Assembly: GCA_041390365.1 (NCBI GenBank)
Contig: JAWKQB010000005.1
Location: 32,457-96,456, forward strand
Direction: 5' to 3'
Length of the DNA stretch: 64,000 nt
Origin: Syntrophotaleaceae bacterium
GTDB lineage: Bacteria; Desulfobacterota; Desulfuromonadia; Desulfuromonadales; Syntrophotaleaceae
The position numbers and the translations under genes are program-made. Each line of letters opens with the position of its first letter. The stretch's first letter is position 1. The notes beneath the pieces are model-generated. The model was not told where the DNA came from. It searched no databases and saw only the letters and a list, made by a program, of their open reading frames with translations. Below, one piece after another: positions 8,022-17,112 of the stretch.

Positions 8022-9149
8022 CTACCCCGCCATAGCTGGGCGCACCGAGAACAGTTCCGCCAGCAGATAATTCCAGATTCTCTCCGACGCCCGGCCATCC
8101 CAGTTGGGTGGCCGGCAGCCGTTCTTTCCTCTGCCGGATTTCAGGGCCTGGCGGTAGGTCTCCACTATTTTTTTTGGATCGGTCCCGGCCAGGATATTGG
8201 TGCCCTGTTCCACCGTGATCGGCCGCTCGGTATTTGATCGAATCGTCACGCAGGGGACGCCGAGAGCGGTTGTCTCTTCCTGCAGCCCGCCGCTGTCGGT
8301 CAAAACCACGGAGGCGTCCTTCCACAAAAACAGAGCTTCGCGGAAACCGAGCGGGGGCAGGAGCTTGATCTCCTCGGCCAGCACCAGACCGAACTGCTCC
8401 ATTTTTTTTCGGGTGCGAGGGTGAACGGGAAACAGAATCGCGCGTTCCTCGGCGATCCGGTTCAGAGCGGAAACGATGCCGGCAAAAACACCAGGATCGT
8501 CGACATTGGCGGGGCGATGCAGGGTCAGGAAGGCATAGCCGGGATTCTCTTCCTTAAGCTTGTGCGTGGAAAAGGTTCTCGGAGCGACCCCGACCAGTTT
8601 TTCATTCTGCTGAAACAAGTTGTCGACCATCACGTGGCCGGAAAAGAGGATTTTCTGGGGGTCCTTGCCCTCCCGCCGCAGGTTCTCCAAGGCTCCGGGC
8701 TCCGTCACGAAAAAATAATCGCTGATCGAATCGGTGACCAGGCGATTGATCTCCTCGGGCATGGTCCGGTCGCAGCTCCTCAACCCCGCCTCCACATGGG
8801 CAACGGGGATATCGAGTTTCTTGGCGACGATGCTGCAGGCCAGGGTGGAATTGACGTCGCCGACCACCATGACCAGTGCCGGTTTCACCGCCTGGCAGAC
8901 CTCCTCGAAGGCGACCATGATTCGGGCCGTCTGTCCCGCATGGGAACCGGAGCCGGCATGGAGAAAATAGTGCGGCGCCGGCAGGTCGAGATCCTCGAAA
9001 AAAGCCTGCGACATATCGTAGTCGTAATGCTGCCCGGTATGCACGATCCGGCAGTAAATCTCCGGATGCTTTCTGGCCGCATGATAAAGAGGGGCGATTT
9101 TCATGAAATTGGGTCGCGCCCCGGCCACCAGCAGTACAGTCTGTTCCAT
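8022..9149 (-). CDS. wecB: UDP-N-acetylglucosamine 2-epimerase (non-hydrolysing)
   Basis: MEQTVLLVAGARPNFMKIAPL...HTGQHYDYDMSQAFFEDLDLP...VVGDVNSTLA...HVEAGLRS.DRTMPEEINR is the canonical WecB/MnaA pattern. The ATG at 9149 has an AGGAG SD; the track start 9179 adds 10 aa. Confidence 0.9.
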   Translation of the reverse strand: MEQTVLLVAGARPNFMKIAPLYHAARKHPEIYCRIVHTGQHYDYDMSQAFFEDLDLPAPHYFLHAGSGSHAGQTARIMVAFEEVCQAVKPALVMVVGDVNSTLACSIVAKKLDIPVAHVEAGLRSCDRTMPEEINRLVTDSISDYFFVTEPGALENLRREGKDPQKILFSGHVMVDNLFQQNEKLVGVAPRTFSTHKLKEENPGYAFLTLHRPANVDDPGVFAGIVSALNRIAEERAILFPVHPRTRKKMEQFGLVLAEEIKLLPPLGFREALFLWKDASVVLTDSGGLQEETTALGVPCVTIRSNTERPITVEQGTNILAGTDPKKIVETYRQALKSGRGKNGCRPPNWDGRASERIWNYLLAELFSVRPAMAG

Positions 9150-9240
9150 GCCTGCGTCTCCTATGGTTTGCCATGTCAACAGGCTGACATCATCGGACAG
9201 TAATGTTTATCCATGGTTAATCGATTATTAATATGTTGTT

Positions 9241-9355
9241 AGTGAAAGCGGAGTGAGGAGTGAGGAGTGAGGGGTCAGGGTCAGGGTCAGGGTCAGGAAC
9301 CTGATGCCAGTAGCCAGTAGCCAGTAGCCAATAGCCAGTAGCCGGCAACCAGCCT
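9241..9355. repeat. composite short-tandem-repeat block: GAGTGAG x3, GTCAGG x4 (hexamer), CCAGTAG x7
   Basis: gagtgag gagtgag gagtgag gg gtcagg gtcagg gtcagg gtcagg ... ccagtag ccagtag ccagtag ccaatag ccagtag ccggcaa ccagcct. Track ORF 9228..9458 is just its translation (LTLTLTLT...). Confidence 0.95.
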
Positions 9356-9358
9356 TCA

Positions 9359-10987
9359 TCACAAGGCCCGAATAATCCACCGCTGTCTGAGGGGAAAGGC
9401 GGCTTTCCTTCGGCTTACGATGACGGGGCAGGGTCTTTTGACGCCGAGTTCGGGGCAATACCAGTCCCGCTCAAGGGCGATTTCACTGTCTTCGGGGCAG
9501 GTGATTTCGGCGAACGGGGCCTCCTGGTCGAAAACGATCACCCGTTTGCCGCTCTCCGGCACCAAACGGAAATCGGGGTGTACGTGCATCCGGCTTTCGA
9601 CTTGGTGAACATTCCGCCCGGTCAAACTGTCCTCGATGAGGTATTTCCGGCCGTCCCAGGTGAGGCGCCGCCGGTACCCCGGGCGGCCGCGGAAATGACG
9701 GAAGCCTTCGTGCCCGCCGCCGAACACCAGCTTGCCCTTGCTGTTCGCCAGCACTACTTTGACCGGTCGAAGGCGGCGATGGGGAGACTGGCCCCAATCG
9801 TCGATGGACAGGGTGTTGTGTCCGAGATTGCTTCTGGTGTGCCGGCAGACTTCGTCATCCTGGAAATGGCAGCATCCCGAATCGACGATCAGCCTGCGCC
9901 ATTTGAGGGTCAGTTCGAAACTGAGGAGGTCGTTGTGGGCATGCTTCGGACGGTCCCCGAGGCCCCCGGGCCCGCCGCGGATAATCACACGGTTGCCGCT
10001 GTCCGGAGACATGACATAGTACCCCGAGTCGGGGTAGGCCCAGTAATCACCTGCGGGACAGGGAGCCGCCATCCCGGTCACCCGTCTGAAATAATCCGCC
10101 AGATCCTCCCAGATGGGGGCCGCACCGGCGGCGGAGTCATCGAACAGTGCCAATTTCCCGTCGGGGTGGGACATGCCGGCCAGAAAGCGGAGCATGTCCT
10201 CGCTCCATGCCTGCATCCGAACCGGCAGTTCGGCCAGTTCAGGCTGCCCCAGGCAGAGGTTGAGGAGGTCCAGGCAATCCTCGAGGACAAGCGCCTGCTG
10301 CATCGGGCTTCCGTCCACGGGGCCACCGTCCGGCAGCACCTGCTTCTGCAAGGCGGGAAGAAGGTTCCTCGCCCCTTTCCGCCGCCATCTTTCTGCATCG
10401 CTTCCCTGGAAATAGATCCCGGCGAACAGCAGCGCCTTGCCGAATCGGATCCGCTGCACCGCCGTCCGATGGCATTCCAGGGAGCGTTCCAGCCAGGAGG
10501 CCTGTTGGCTGAGGCTCTGCAGCCACCCGGGTTTGAGGGAGCCGGCAATACCCGGAGAGAGGAAAAACTTGATCCAATTGACGATCCGCACCGCCGTTGG
10601 ATAGGGATCCCAGGCGTCCAGCGCACCCGGCAGAATATTGACCACCCAGTCGTTGAGGAGAAAGACCTTGTCCGCGGTGGAACGCCCCGGATCATGCAGG
10701 TAATCGAAACTGTGAAGATGGCAGCGCCAGTGGTGGTTCATTTCGGCCGACTTCCAGTCGAACCGGGCCGGCTTGAAACTCTTTGTGACGTTGAAAAAGG
10801 TGAAGCGGTTTTTTCCGTTTCCCGTGGCGCAGCGGGTCAGGGGCTGTTTCAGCGCCACCCCCGGGCGAACATGGACTTCGGTCGGCTTGGCGGGCAACCG
10901 GGGCTTCGGTCGCAGGCAGCGGACGACCCGGCAGGCAGTCCGGTGGGACGTGGAGCCCAGATAATGGAGCAGATGGGACAACTTCAT
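9359..10987 (-). CDS. heparinase II/III-like protein (no signal peptide)
   Basis: 542 aa. C-terminal DSGYYVM...GGPGGLGDRPKHAHNDLLSFEL...LIVDSG...HNTLSID is the heparinase II/III-like domain pattern. The N-terminus is not a secretion signal. Confidence 0.7.
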   Translation of the reverse strand: MKLSHLLHYLGSTSHRTACRVVRCLRPKPRLPAKPTEVHVRPGVALKQPLTRCATGNGKNRFTFFNVTKSFKPARFDWKSAEMNHHWRCHLHSFDYLHDPGRSTADKVFLLNDWVVNILPGALDAWDPYPTAVRIVNWIKFFLSPGIAGSLKPGWLQSLSQQASWLERSLECHRTAVQRIRFGKALLFAGIYFQGSDAERWRRKGARNLLPALQKQVLPDGGPVDGSPMQQALVLEDCLDLLNLCLGQPELAELPVRMQAWSEDMLRFLAGMSHPDGKLALFDDSAAGAAPIWEDLADYFRRVTGMAAPCPAGDYWAYPDSGYYVMSPDSGNRVIIRGGPGGLGDRPKHAHNDLLSFELTLKWRRLIVDSGCCHFQDDEVCRHTRSNLGHNTLSIDDWGQSPHRRLRPVKVVLANSKGKLVFGGGHEGFRHFRGRPGYRRRLTWDGRKYLIEDSLTGRNVHQVESRMHVHPDFRLVPESGKRVIVFDQEAPFAEITCPEDSEIALERDWYCPELGVKRPCPVIVSRRKAAFPLRQRWIIRAL

Positions 10988-11002
10988 CTCCTTTTTCCTG
11001 AT

Positions 11003-11779
11003 CTATCCCCCGGCTTGCAGAGTTTTCTTGACCTTTTCCAAAAGGACATCCAGCGCAAACAGAGGGAGCACCCTTTGACGGTGAATCCTTTTCGGTTCGG
11101 ACAGCAGCCGGTAAAGCCACTCCCCGTTCAACCGGCACCAGAAGGCCGGGGCGCGCTTGACGGTGCCGACGATCGTGTCCAGCGTGCCGCCGATCCCCTG
11201 CACCACCCTGACGGTGCGGAGGGCCTCCCTGTGACGGGCATACCAGTCCTCCTGACGGGGGGAGCCGAGGGCGATGAACAGGATATCCGCCTGCGAAGCG
11301 TTGATCCGCTCCACCAGGGCGGGCATCTCCTGTTCCTTGACATAGCCGTTGCAGCGATCGACGATGTTCAGGCCCGGATAACGCCGGACCAACTCCTCCG
11401 CCGCCCCCCGGTTCACTTCCTCCTTGGCGCCGTAAAGGAAGACCTTGTAGCCCTTTTTCGCCGCCAGGGAACAGATCGCGGCCATCAGCTCGACACCGGG
11501 GACCCGCTTCAGTCTGGCCTTGTGGAGAAGCCGCGCCGCATACACCACGCCGATGCCATCGGGGATGAGCAGGTCGGCCTGCCTGAAGGTTTCATGCAGG
11601 GCCGGATTTTTCGGCACGGAAAAATTCTTCTCCGGATTGACGGCGAAAATGGCGTGAGGCCGATCTCCCCTCTCGACGAATTCTTCCACCCTGGATACGG
11701 CCTGGTCCATGTCCACGGGATCGACCCAGACGTTCAGAACCTTCAACCGCTTCCCCCTGTCGCTTTTCAGATGATGCAC
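11003..11779 (-). CDS. WecG/TagA/CpsF-family glycosyltransferase (GT26; ManNAc/ManNAcA transferase type)
   Basis: VNPEKNF...ADLLIPDGIGVVYAARLL...VFLYGAKEEV...ADILFIALGSPRQEDW...VVQGIGGTLD. GTG start overlapping the upstream gene by 13 nt. Confidence 0.8.
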   Translation of the reverse strand: MHHLKSDRGKRLKVLNVWVDPVDMDQAVSRVEEFVERGDRPHAIFAVNPEKNFSVPKNPALHETFRQADLLIPDGIGVVYAARLLHKARLKRVPGVELMAAICSLAAKKGYKVFLYGAKEEVNRGAAEELVRRYPGLNIVDRCNGYVKEQEMPALVERINASQADILFIALGSPRQEDWYARHREALRTVRVVQGIGGTLDTIVGTVKRAPAFWCRLNGEWLYRLLSEPKRIHRQRVLPLFALDVLLEKVKKTLQAGG

Positions 11780-13584
11780 AGCAGATCCTCCAGCCTTTTG
11801 GTTTCAACCATCCCCGTGGTGCAGACGGCCGTGGCAAAGCTGACCTCTTCGGGCAGCCCCGTCCGCTCCATCCGCAGGACCCTGCCGGCCACCTTCACCC
11901 CGTAGGCCGGCGAATACCATCCGGCAGGGGGATGCAGTTCCCCGCAGGCAAGTTGAAACTCGCCCAGCACCGGGAACAGATAGACCGTGCCTGCGCCCTT
12001 GGTGATTTTCCACCAGGAGCCGTCCCGCTCGACGGCGGCCTCCGGATGAAAATGAAAATTCAGCTCGAATCGATGAGGGCCGCTGCCGGAGAAAGCATCC
12101 TGAATGAAGAAGTTGCCTCCGTCGAACTGGCGGATGGTTCTTTCATGACTGACCGGTTTTTTCAGCCTCCGGTACCCGTCGTGAAGGGCGGCGACGTCCC
12201 GCCCCTGGCGCCCGACCTGATTTACGGTCACCCGGATCGGAAAGGGCCGGCTCCAGACGAATCCCGTATCCTGCACCGCCTGATCCAGGCCATCCACGGT
12301 CACGGTGTTGTGCGCCCGGGTCCCCTTGAAGTAGCGGCGCCATTCGGGGGCTCCGTTGTAGCGGTAGGTCCCGGGATCGACGAGCAGCGGTTCCCCCTTG
12401 TGCGCCAGGGTGACCGAGAGGGCGTCGGCATGACCGTGATTGAAGAGGGGCGGCATTCCCAGAGGACCGTGGTCGAAGGTCAGCAGGGCGTCGTTTTCGG
12501 TACGGATGATTGTGTAGCCGGAATGCGGAAAAGTCAGATAAGGCCTTTTTTCGAAAATCCTTTCCGGTCTTTGCGGAGCGATCCCCGGAGCCACGGCCCA
12601 GCCGTCGTCACTGTCGCCGATGGCGGGCCAGAGCCCCGGACCGTATTGAAAGGCGGCGAGGAATTCCTCACCGGTCAGGAGCCTGTCGTGAAAATCGGCA
12701 CAGTCGGCGAGCTGGTTCTTCTGCAGAAAATCCACCACCAGCCAGTAAAGATCGAGGACGAAACGGTGGTAATCCAGGGACTGCTCGGCCGGTCCGCCGT
12801 CGGGGAGGATCTGATGGTTCAATTCCTGGCGGAGCAGGGCGACCCCCTTCTCCAGCCAGCGGGCACCATCCCCCGAACCCCGGAAAACGGCTCCGGCGAA
12901 GACCAGACCGATGCATTCGGCGATGGTGTGGTTGCCGAGGGACGAAAAGAGGGAGAGGCGGTTCTCGGTCAGCCAGGCATGCCGGAAGATCGCCTCGGCG
13001 ATCCGGTTTTTGTCGCCGGCTTCCAGGGTGTCGAGGATCTTGAGGGCGTAGAAAAAGACCGGAATGCGCAGGCCGCATTCCATGACGGAGATATAGTGGG
13101 GCCCGAACAGGAAGGGATTGTTTTCCAGCCACGCCAGCAAGGTCGCCTGGACCATGGCGGCCGCCTCCCGCTTTCTGTCCCCATCCCCGTTCGCGACCTG
13201 GAACAGGAGCGCCGCCAGGTTCTGCAGGCGGGCGGGTTCCCAGACGGCGCGGATGTCCGGGCCGGCGCCACCCCTCGGAATGGAGGCGTAAAACATCCTC
13301 CGCTCCCCCTGCTCGAACTCCTGCAGGGCGCTTTCCTCTTCATGCAGGCACCAGCGGCTCCCGTGAAGCAGATTCGTTATTTCCTCTGCCGTCAGCGCCG
13401 CCTGCACCGCCGGCAACCGGAGTGCATCCAGGGCCGGCCAGTCGACGGCGGGAACGGCAACTAGCCCGCCGCCCTTCTTGGCCGCCCCTTTCAGGCGCAG
13501 TGCCAGCGCGGCTTCCCGGGTCCGGTACCAGATCTCGGGGAGGGAGGCGTTTTTGAGGCGGGACAGGTAGTAGCCAATGTTCAT
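11767..13584 (-). CDS. heparinase II/III-like protein, second copy (alginate-lyase-like N-domain + heparinase II/III C-domain, no signal peptide)
   Basis: 605 aa. NHTIAECIGL, SLDYHRFVLDLY, FPHSGYTIIRT, FNHGHADALSVTL, LVDPGTYRY, RAHNTVTVDG. Confidence 0.7.
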   Translation of the reverse strand: MNIGYYLSRLKNASLPEIWYRTREAALALRLKGAAKKGGGLVAVPAVDWPALDALRLPAVQAALTAEEITNLLHGSRWCLHEEESALQEFEQGERRMFYASIPRGGAGPDIRAVWEPARLQNLAALLFQVANGDGDRKREAAAMVQATLLAWLENNPFLFGPHYISVMECGLRIPVFFYALKILDTLEAGDKNRIAEAIFRHAWLTENRLSLFSSLGNHTIAECIGLVFAGAVFRGSGDGARWLEKGVALLRQELNHQILPDGGPAEQSLDYHRFVLDLYWLVVDFLQKNQLADCADFHDRLLTGEEFLAAFQYGPGLWPAIGDSDDGWAVAPGIAPQRPERIFEKRPYLTFPHSGYTIIRTENDALLTFDHGPLGMPPLFNHGHADALSVTLAHKGEPLLVDPGTYRYNGAPEWRRYFKGTRAHNTVTVDGLDQAVQDTGFVWSRPFPIRVTVNQVGRQGRDVAALHDGYRRLKKPVSHERTIRQFDGGNFFIQDAFSGSGPHRFELNFHFHPEAAVERDGSWWKITKGAGTVYLFPVLGEFQLACGELHPPAGWYSPAYGVKVAGRVLRMERTGLPEEVSFATAVCTTGMVETKRLEDLLCII

Positions 13585-13588
13585 GATA

Positions 13589-15757
13589 TCAGTCGCGGGG
13601 AGTCAGGACGATACTTTCTCCGGTTCGCAGTGATTCCAGGGCCTTTAGGGTGACGAGGGTCGTGGAATGGATTTCCTCGAAGGGGATCGCGGGTCCGTTT
13701 CCTTCCAGGACGCCTTCGATGAAAGCGGTCACGCCGCTTTTCTGCCCCTTGTCCTGGACCCGGCCTCCCTTCACCCTGGCCCTGCCCCGGGCATGGATCG
13801 TCAGGGTCCGGAAATCATCCAGCACGCAGGTGCAGCCGTTGGCGAACACCTCGAGTTTCTCCTTGGCCAGGCCCTTGTCGCCGTTGGCGAAATAGGAGAC
13901 GGTTCCCACCGATCCATTTCGATACTGAAGGGTCAGCGTAAGGGTGTCGTTGGTTTCTGATGAGGATTTCATTGGGGCGGCATAAACTCTGACCGGCGGG
14001 GAGCCGTTCAGGAAGGTGAGGAAATCGACGAAATGACAGACCTCTCCGATGACCCGCCCGCCGCCTACAACGGGGTCCTGGATCCAGGAGTCCTTGGGAA
14101 TATGACCGGCGTTGACCCGGTAGGTCATCGCCATCGGCCCGCCGCCGAGCTCTTTCTTCAGCATTAGAGCCAGAGGGGCGAACCGCCGGTTGAAGCCGAC
14201 CATCAGGTGCGGCGCCTTGCCGCCGAAAGCCAGCTGGCCGTAGGTCTGGCTGATTTCCGCCAGCTGCTCCTCGTTCAGACAGAGCGGCTTCTCGACGAAC
14301 ACGTGCCGGCCCTGGCGCAGGGCCTTCAGCACGTAGTCGGCGTGGCTGTCGTGGCGGGAGGCGATGAAGACGGTATTGATCTCCTCGCAGCCGAAAATCT
14401 CCTGCTCGTCCCCCGCGCAGAACGCGAAGCCGAACCGTTCCCCCACCGACCGGGCGCTGGTGCCGGAGGCGGTCAGCACCCCCTTGAGGACGACATCGCT
14501 CCGCTTGGGGATGTTGGGGAGCAGATGGCTCTGGGCATAGGAACCCGCGCCGATGAAACCGATCCCGACCCGTGCCGCTTTTCCGGGCGCCGGCGGGCAG
14601 TGGAGGGGAATCCGGGAGGAGGAAAGAGGTGTTTCCGTCCGGTAGCGGATGAGGATGCCGACGAAAGGCTCGGATCTCTCCATCATCATGTTGTAGGCCG
14701 AGAGCGCCTCATCCAGATCGAAGGTGTGGGTGGTCAGATAGCCGACGTCGATCCGTCCGGCATGGATCAGCTCCTGGAAGGCGCGCATGTTGCGGTTTTC
14801 CGTCCAGCGCACGTAAGCGGCGGGGTAGTCGATCCCCTGCTCCTCGTAGGCCGGATCGTAGCGGCCGGGGCCGTAGGAGCAGGACATGCGCAGCTGCAGT
14901 TCCTTGCGATAGTAGTGCGGATCCCGGTCGAAACCGGTCGGTACCGCCCCCACCACCACCACGGTGGCCCGCTTGCGGCACAGCGCGCCGGCGAAGTTGA
15001 TTGGATCGAGGGAATCGGCCGCCGCGGTGATGATCACCGCATCGCAACCGAGCCCGCCGGTGAACTCCGTCACCCGCTGCTCGACCCCATTCTCCCGCCG
15101 CACCAGGGCGAGGTCGGCGCAGTGTTTGGCAGCGCTCGCAACCATGGCCGGATCGACGTCGATCCCCACGACCCGCACCCCGGAGGCTTTGAGGATCAGC
15201 GCGGAAAGCTGGCCGAGCAGTCCCAGCCCAATCACCGCGCAGGTCTCCCCGACCCGCAGGTCGGCCTGCCGCACCCCCTGCATGGCGATGGCCCCCAGGG
15301 TATTGTAGGCCGCCTGCTGCAGATCGGCGTCGGCCGGAAGGGGCACACAGAGATTCACAGGCACGCACACCACCTCGGCATGGCAGGCGCTGAGCCCGCC
15401 GCAGGCGACCAGATCCCCGACCTTGAATCCGACAACATCGGGGGCGACGCCAATCACTTCGCCGCAGGAGGAGTAGCCGAGAGGCGAATAGGCATCGAGC
15501 TTCTTCATCACCGCCCGGTAGGTCTGGGTGATCCCCTGACTCTTCAGGGTGTCGATCACCTGCCTGACCTGCTGAGGCCGCGACCGCACCTTGTCCAGCA
15601 GACTCGACCGCGCCGCCTTGACGGTACTCCCCTCGGTCCCCGCGCTGATCAGGGAATAGTGGTTGCGGACCAGCACGCAGCCGGAGGTCAGAGCCGGAGT
15701 CGGCACTTCGAGTATCTGCATAGCGCCGTTTTTCAATTTTTGCGTGAGTTGTTGCAT
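13589..15757 (-). CDS. bi-domain oxidoreductase (N-terminal Zn-ADH/MDR-like + C-terminal Gfo/Idh/MocA NAD-binding)
   Basis: 722 aa. N-terminal LVRNHYSLISAGTE...GYSSCGEV...VIGLGLLGQL. C-terminal IGFIGAGSYAQSHLLPN...VFIASRHDSHADY...VFVEKPL. Confidence 0.75.
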   Translation of the reverse strand: MQQLTQKLKNGAMQILEVPTPALTSGCVLVRNHYSLISAGTEGSTVKAARSSLLDKVRSRPQQVRQVIDTLKSQGITQTYRAVMKKLDAYSPLGYSSCGEVIGVAPDVVGFKVGDLVACGGLSACHAEVVCVPVNLCVPLPADADLQQAAYNTLGAIAMQGVRQADLRVGETCAVIGLGLLGQLSALILKASGVRVVGIDVDPAMVASAAKHCADLALVRRENGVEQRVTEFTGGLGCDAVIITAAADSLDPINFAGALCRKRATVVVVGAVPTGFDRDPHYYRKELQLRMSCSYGPGRYDPAYEEQGIDYPAAYVRWTENRNMRAFQELIHAGRIDVGYLTTHTFDLDEALSAYNMMMERSEPFVGILIRYRTETPLSSSRIPLHCPPAPGKAARVGIGFIGAGSYAQSHLLPNIPKRSDVVLKGVLTASGTSARSVGERFGFAFCAGDEQEIFGCEEINTVFIASRHDSHADYVLKALRQGRHVFVEKPLCLNEEQLAEISQTYGQLAFGGKAPHLMVGFNRRFAPLALMLKKELGGGPMAMTYRVNAGHIPKDSWIQDPVVGGGRVIGEVCHFVDFLTFLNGSPPVRVYAAPMKSSSETNDTLTLTLQYRNGSVGTVSYFANGDKGLAKEKLEVFANGCTCVLDDFRTLTIHARGRARVKGGRVQDKGQKSGVTAFIEGVLEGNGPAIPFEEIHSTTLVTLKALESLRTGESIVLTPRD

Positions 15758-15786
15758 GATCTCTCCGCCTTTATTTCAAGACATTT

Positions 15787-17112
15787 TTACAAACCAAGAT
15801 ACTCCCGCGTATCCAACTCCTGTTCCACCAGTCTGGCCTTGCCGATGGCCGTTTTTTCAGTCTGGTCGGAAAAAAGGAATCTCATGGCCATGCGATCGCC
15901 GATCAGTTCCTGCATTCTGGCCTGCATCTGCTGACAGAGATCTTCCCGGAAACCGATGCCTTTCACCAGAACGACGTCCATCTCTCCCGGACGTTTCTGA
16001 TGGATCTTGATCGACTCCAGCCCCCCGAACGCCGGGTAATGCTGGCCGAAGACGAGGCTGGTGGCGCTGATCAGTGATCCGTGGGCATCGACGATGAATT
16101 CCTGCTGCCGCCCCACGACTTCATCAATGAGAAGGTAGTTGCGGCCGCAACGGCAGGACTGGTTTGCGGCCGGGATGGCATAATCGCCGGTTCGGTAGCG
16201 AATGAGCGGCATCACCGGATTGTTGAATCCGGTCGCCACAATCTCGAACAGCTCCCTGCCCTGCTCATCGAAGACCCCTGACGGGATCAATTCGGTATAG
16301 CCGTACTGGGGATAGAAATGGAGGGTATCCGAGTACTCGCAGGCTCCTCCCAGAGCCAGACATTCGCTGTGGCCGTACCAGTGGTAGGCGCGGCAACCAA
16401 AAACCACTTCTATTTTCACCCGTTGATAGGGAAAAAGTTTTTCCGACCCGCAAAAAACGGCGGCCGGTTGGAAATCGAGCCTTTTACCGGCTGCTTCCAT
16501 GAGAGTTGCCAGCTGATACATGGTTGATGGATAGCCGTGCAGGAATTTGGGACGGATTTGATTCATTGCCGCCAGATAGTCTTGCAATCTTGAAGAGTTC
16601 AGATCAAACGAGGAAGCGAAATAGATATTGAAAAGCCTGTCGTGATGAACAAATTTTCCTTTCCCCGGTGTGCGCCCCCGAAGATTGAATATTGTATCGC
16701 CCAAGCGATAACCGACCCGGCTCCACTGATCGAAGATAAAGGCCTTTTCCACCTGGCGGGTGATGAAACGGTCCATGTAGAAAACAAAGGGCTGGCCGGT
16801 CGATCCGCCGGTAGTGCAACGCAAAACCTTATAGGAAAGTGGCCGATGAAACTGGGCCAAGTTCTCCCGCAGCATGTCTTTGTCAACCAGGGGAAGTTTG
16901 GCCACCAGAGCAAGGGGATCCGCCAACTCCCTTAGTATCGAGGATAGTTTCTCCCGGTAAAAAGGAACCTCGGCCGCAGCTTGCAGGCTTCGACCCAGAA
17001 GCTGCTTTTGCAAATTCCCCAGCATCTTTTCGTCCCAGTATTCGCTCTTTTTCAGCAAACTGCGCTTTTGGGAGAAGGTCGGGCCCAAAGCTAGATTACG
17101 CCATAGACTCAT
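15787..17112 (-). CDS. CapK / phenylacetate-CoA-ligase-like adenylate-forming enzyme
   Basis: TTGGSTGQPF, YPSTMYQLA, RYRTGDYA. I prefer the ATG at 17112 because it forms an ATGA start/stop overlap with the upstream GT gene; the track start is 17139. Confidence 0.7.
   Translation of the reverse strand: MSLWRNLALGPTFSQKRSLLKKSEYWDEKMLGNLQKQLLGRSLQAAAEVPFYREKLSSILRELADPLALVAKLPLVDKDMLRENLAQFHRPLSYKVLRCTTGGSTGQPFVFYMDRFITRQVEKAFIFDQWSRVGYRLGDTIFNLRGRTPGKGKFVHHDRLFNIYFASSFDLNSSRLQDYLAAMNQIRPKFLHGYPSTMYQLATLMEAAGKRLDFQPAAVFCGSEKLFPYQRVKIEVVFGCRAYHWYGHSECLALGGACEYSDTLHFYPQYGYTELIPSGVFDEQGRELFEIVATGFNNPVMPLIRYRTGDYAIPAANQSCRCGRNYLLIDEVVGRQQEFIVDAHGSLISATSLVFGQHYPAFGGLESIKIHQKRPGEMDVVLVKGIGFREDLCQQMQARMQELIGDRMAMRFLFSDQTEKTAIGKARLVEQELDTREYLGL

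Noticed and set aside
7844-8098. N-terminal extensions offered by the ORF track: exosortase to 8098, YdcF to 25960, coiled-coil to 33006, barrel to 34581, TonB to 35479, TpsB to 49656, FKBP to 51729, mltB-like from 52035, UvsE to 61411, Sir2 to 63089
   Set aside because: The extensions overlap the neighbouring gene, or they are translations of heptamer arrays (for example DSGLGTRDSGLGTRD, PHPSPLTG, LTHHELRILYGG). Internal starts give proper signal peptides and/or Shine-Dalgarno sequences.
9241-9355. Possibility that the short tandem arrays are CRISPR arrays or the coding ORF 9228-9458
   Set aside because: The units are 6-7 nt with no unique spacers and there are no cas genes. The ORF translation (…LTLTLTLTPHSSLLTPLSLTTY) is pure repeat read-through.
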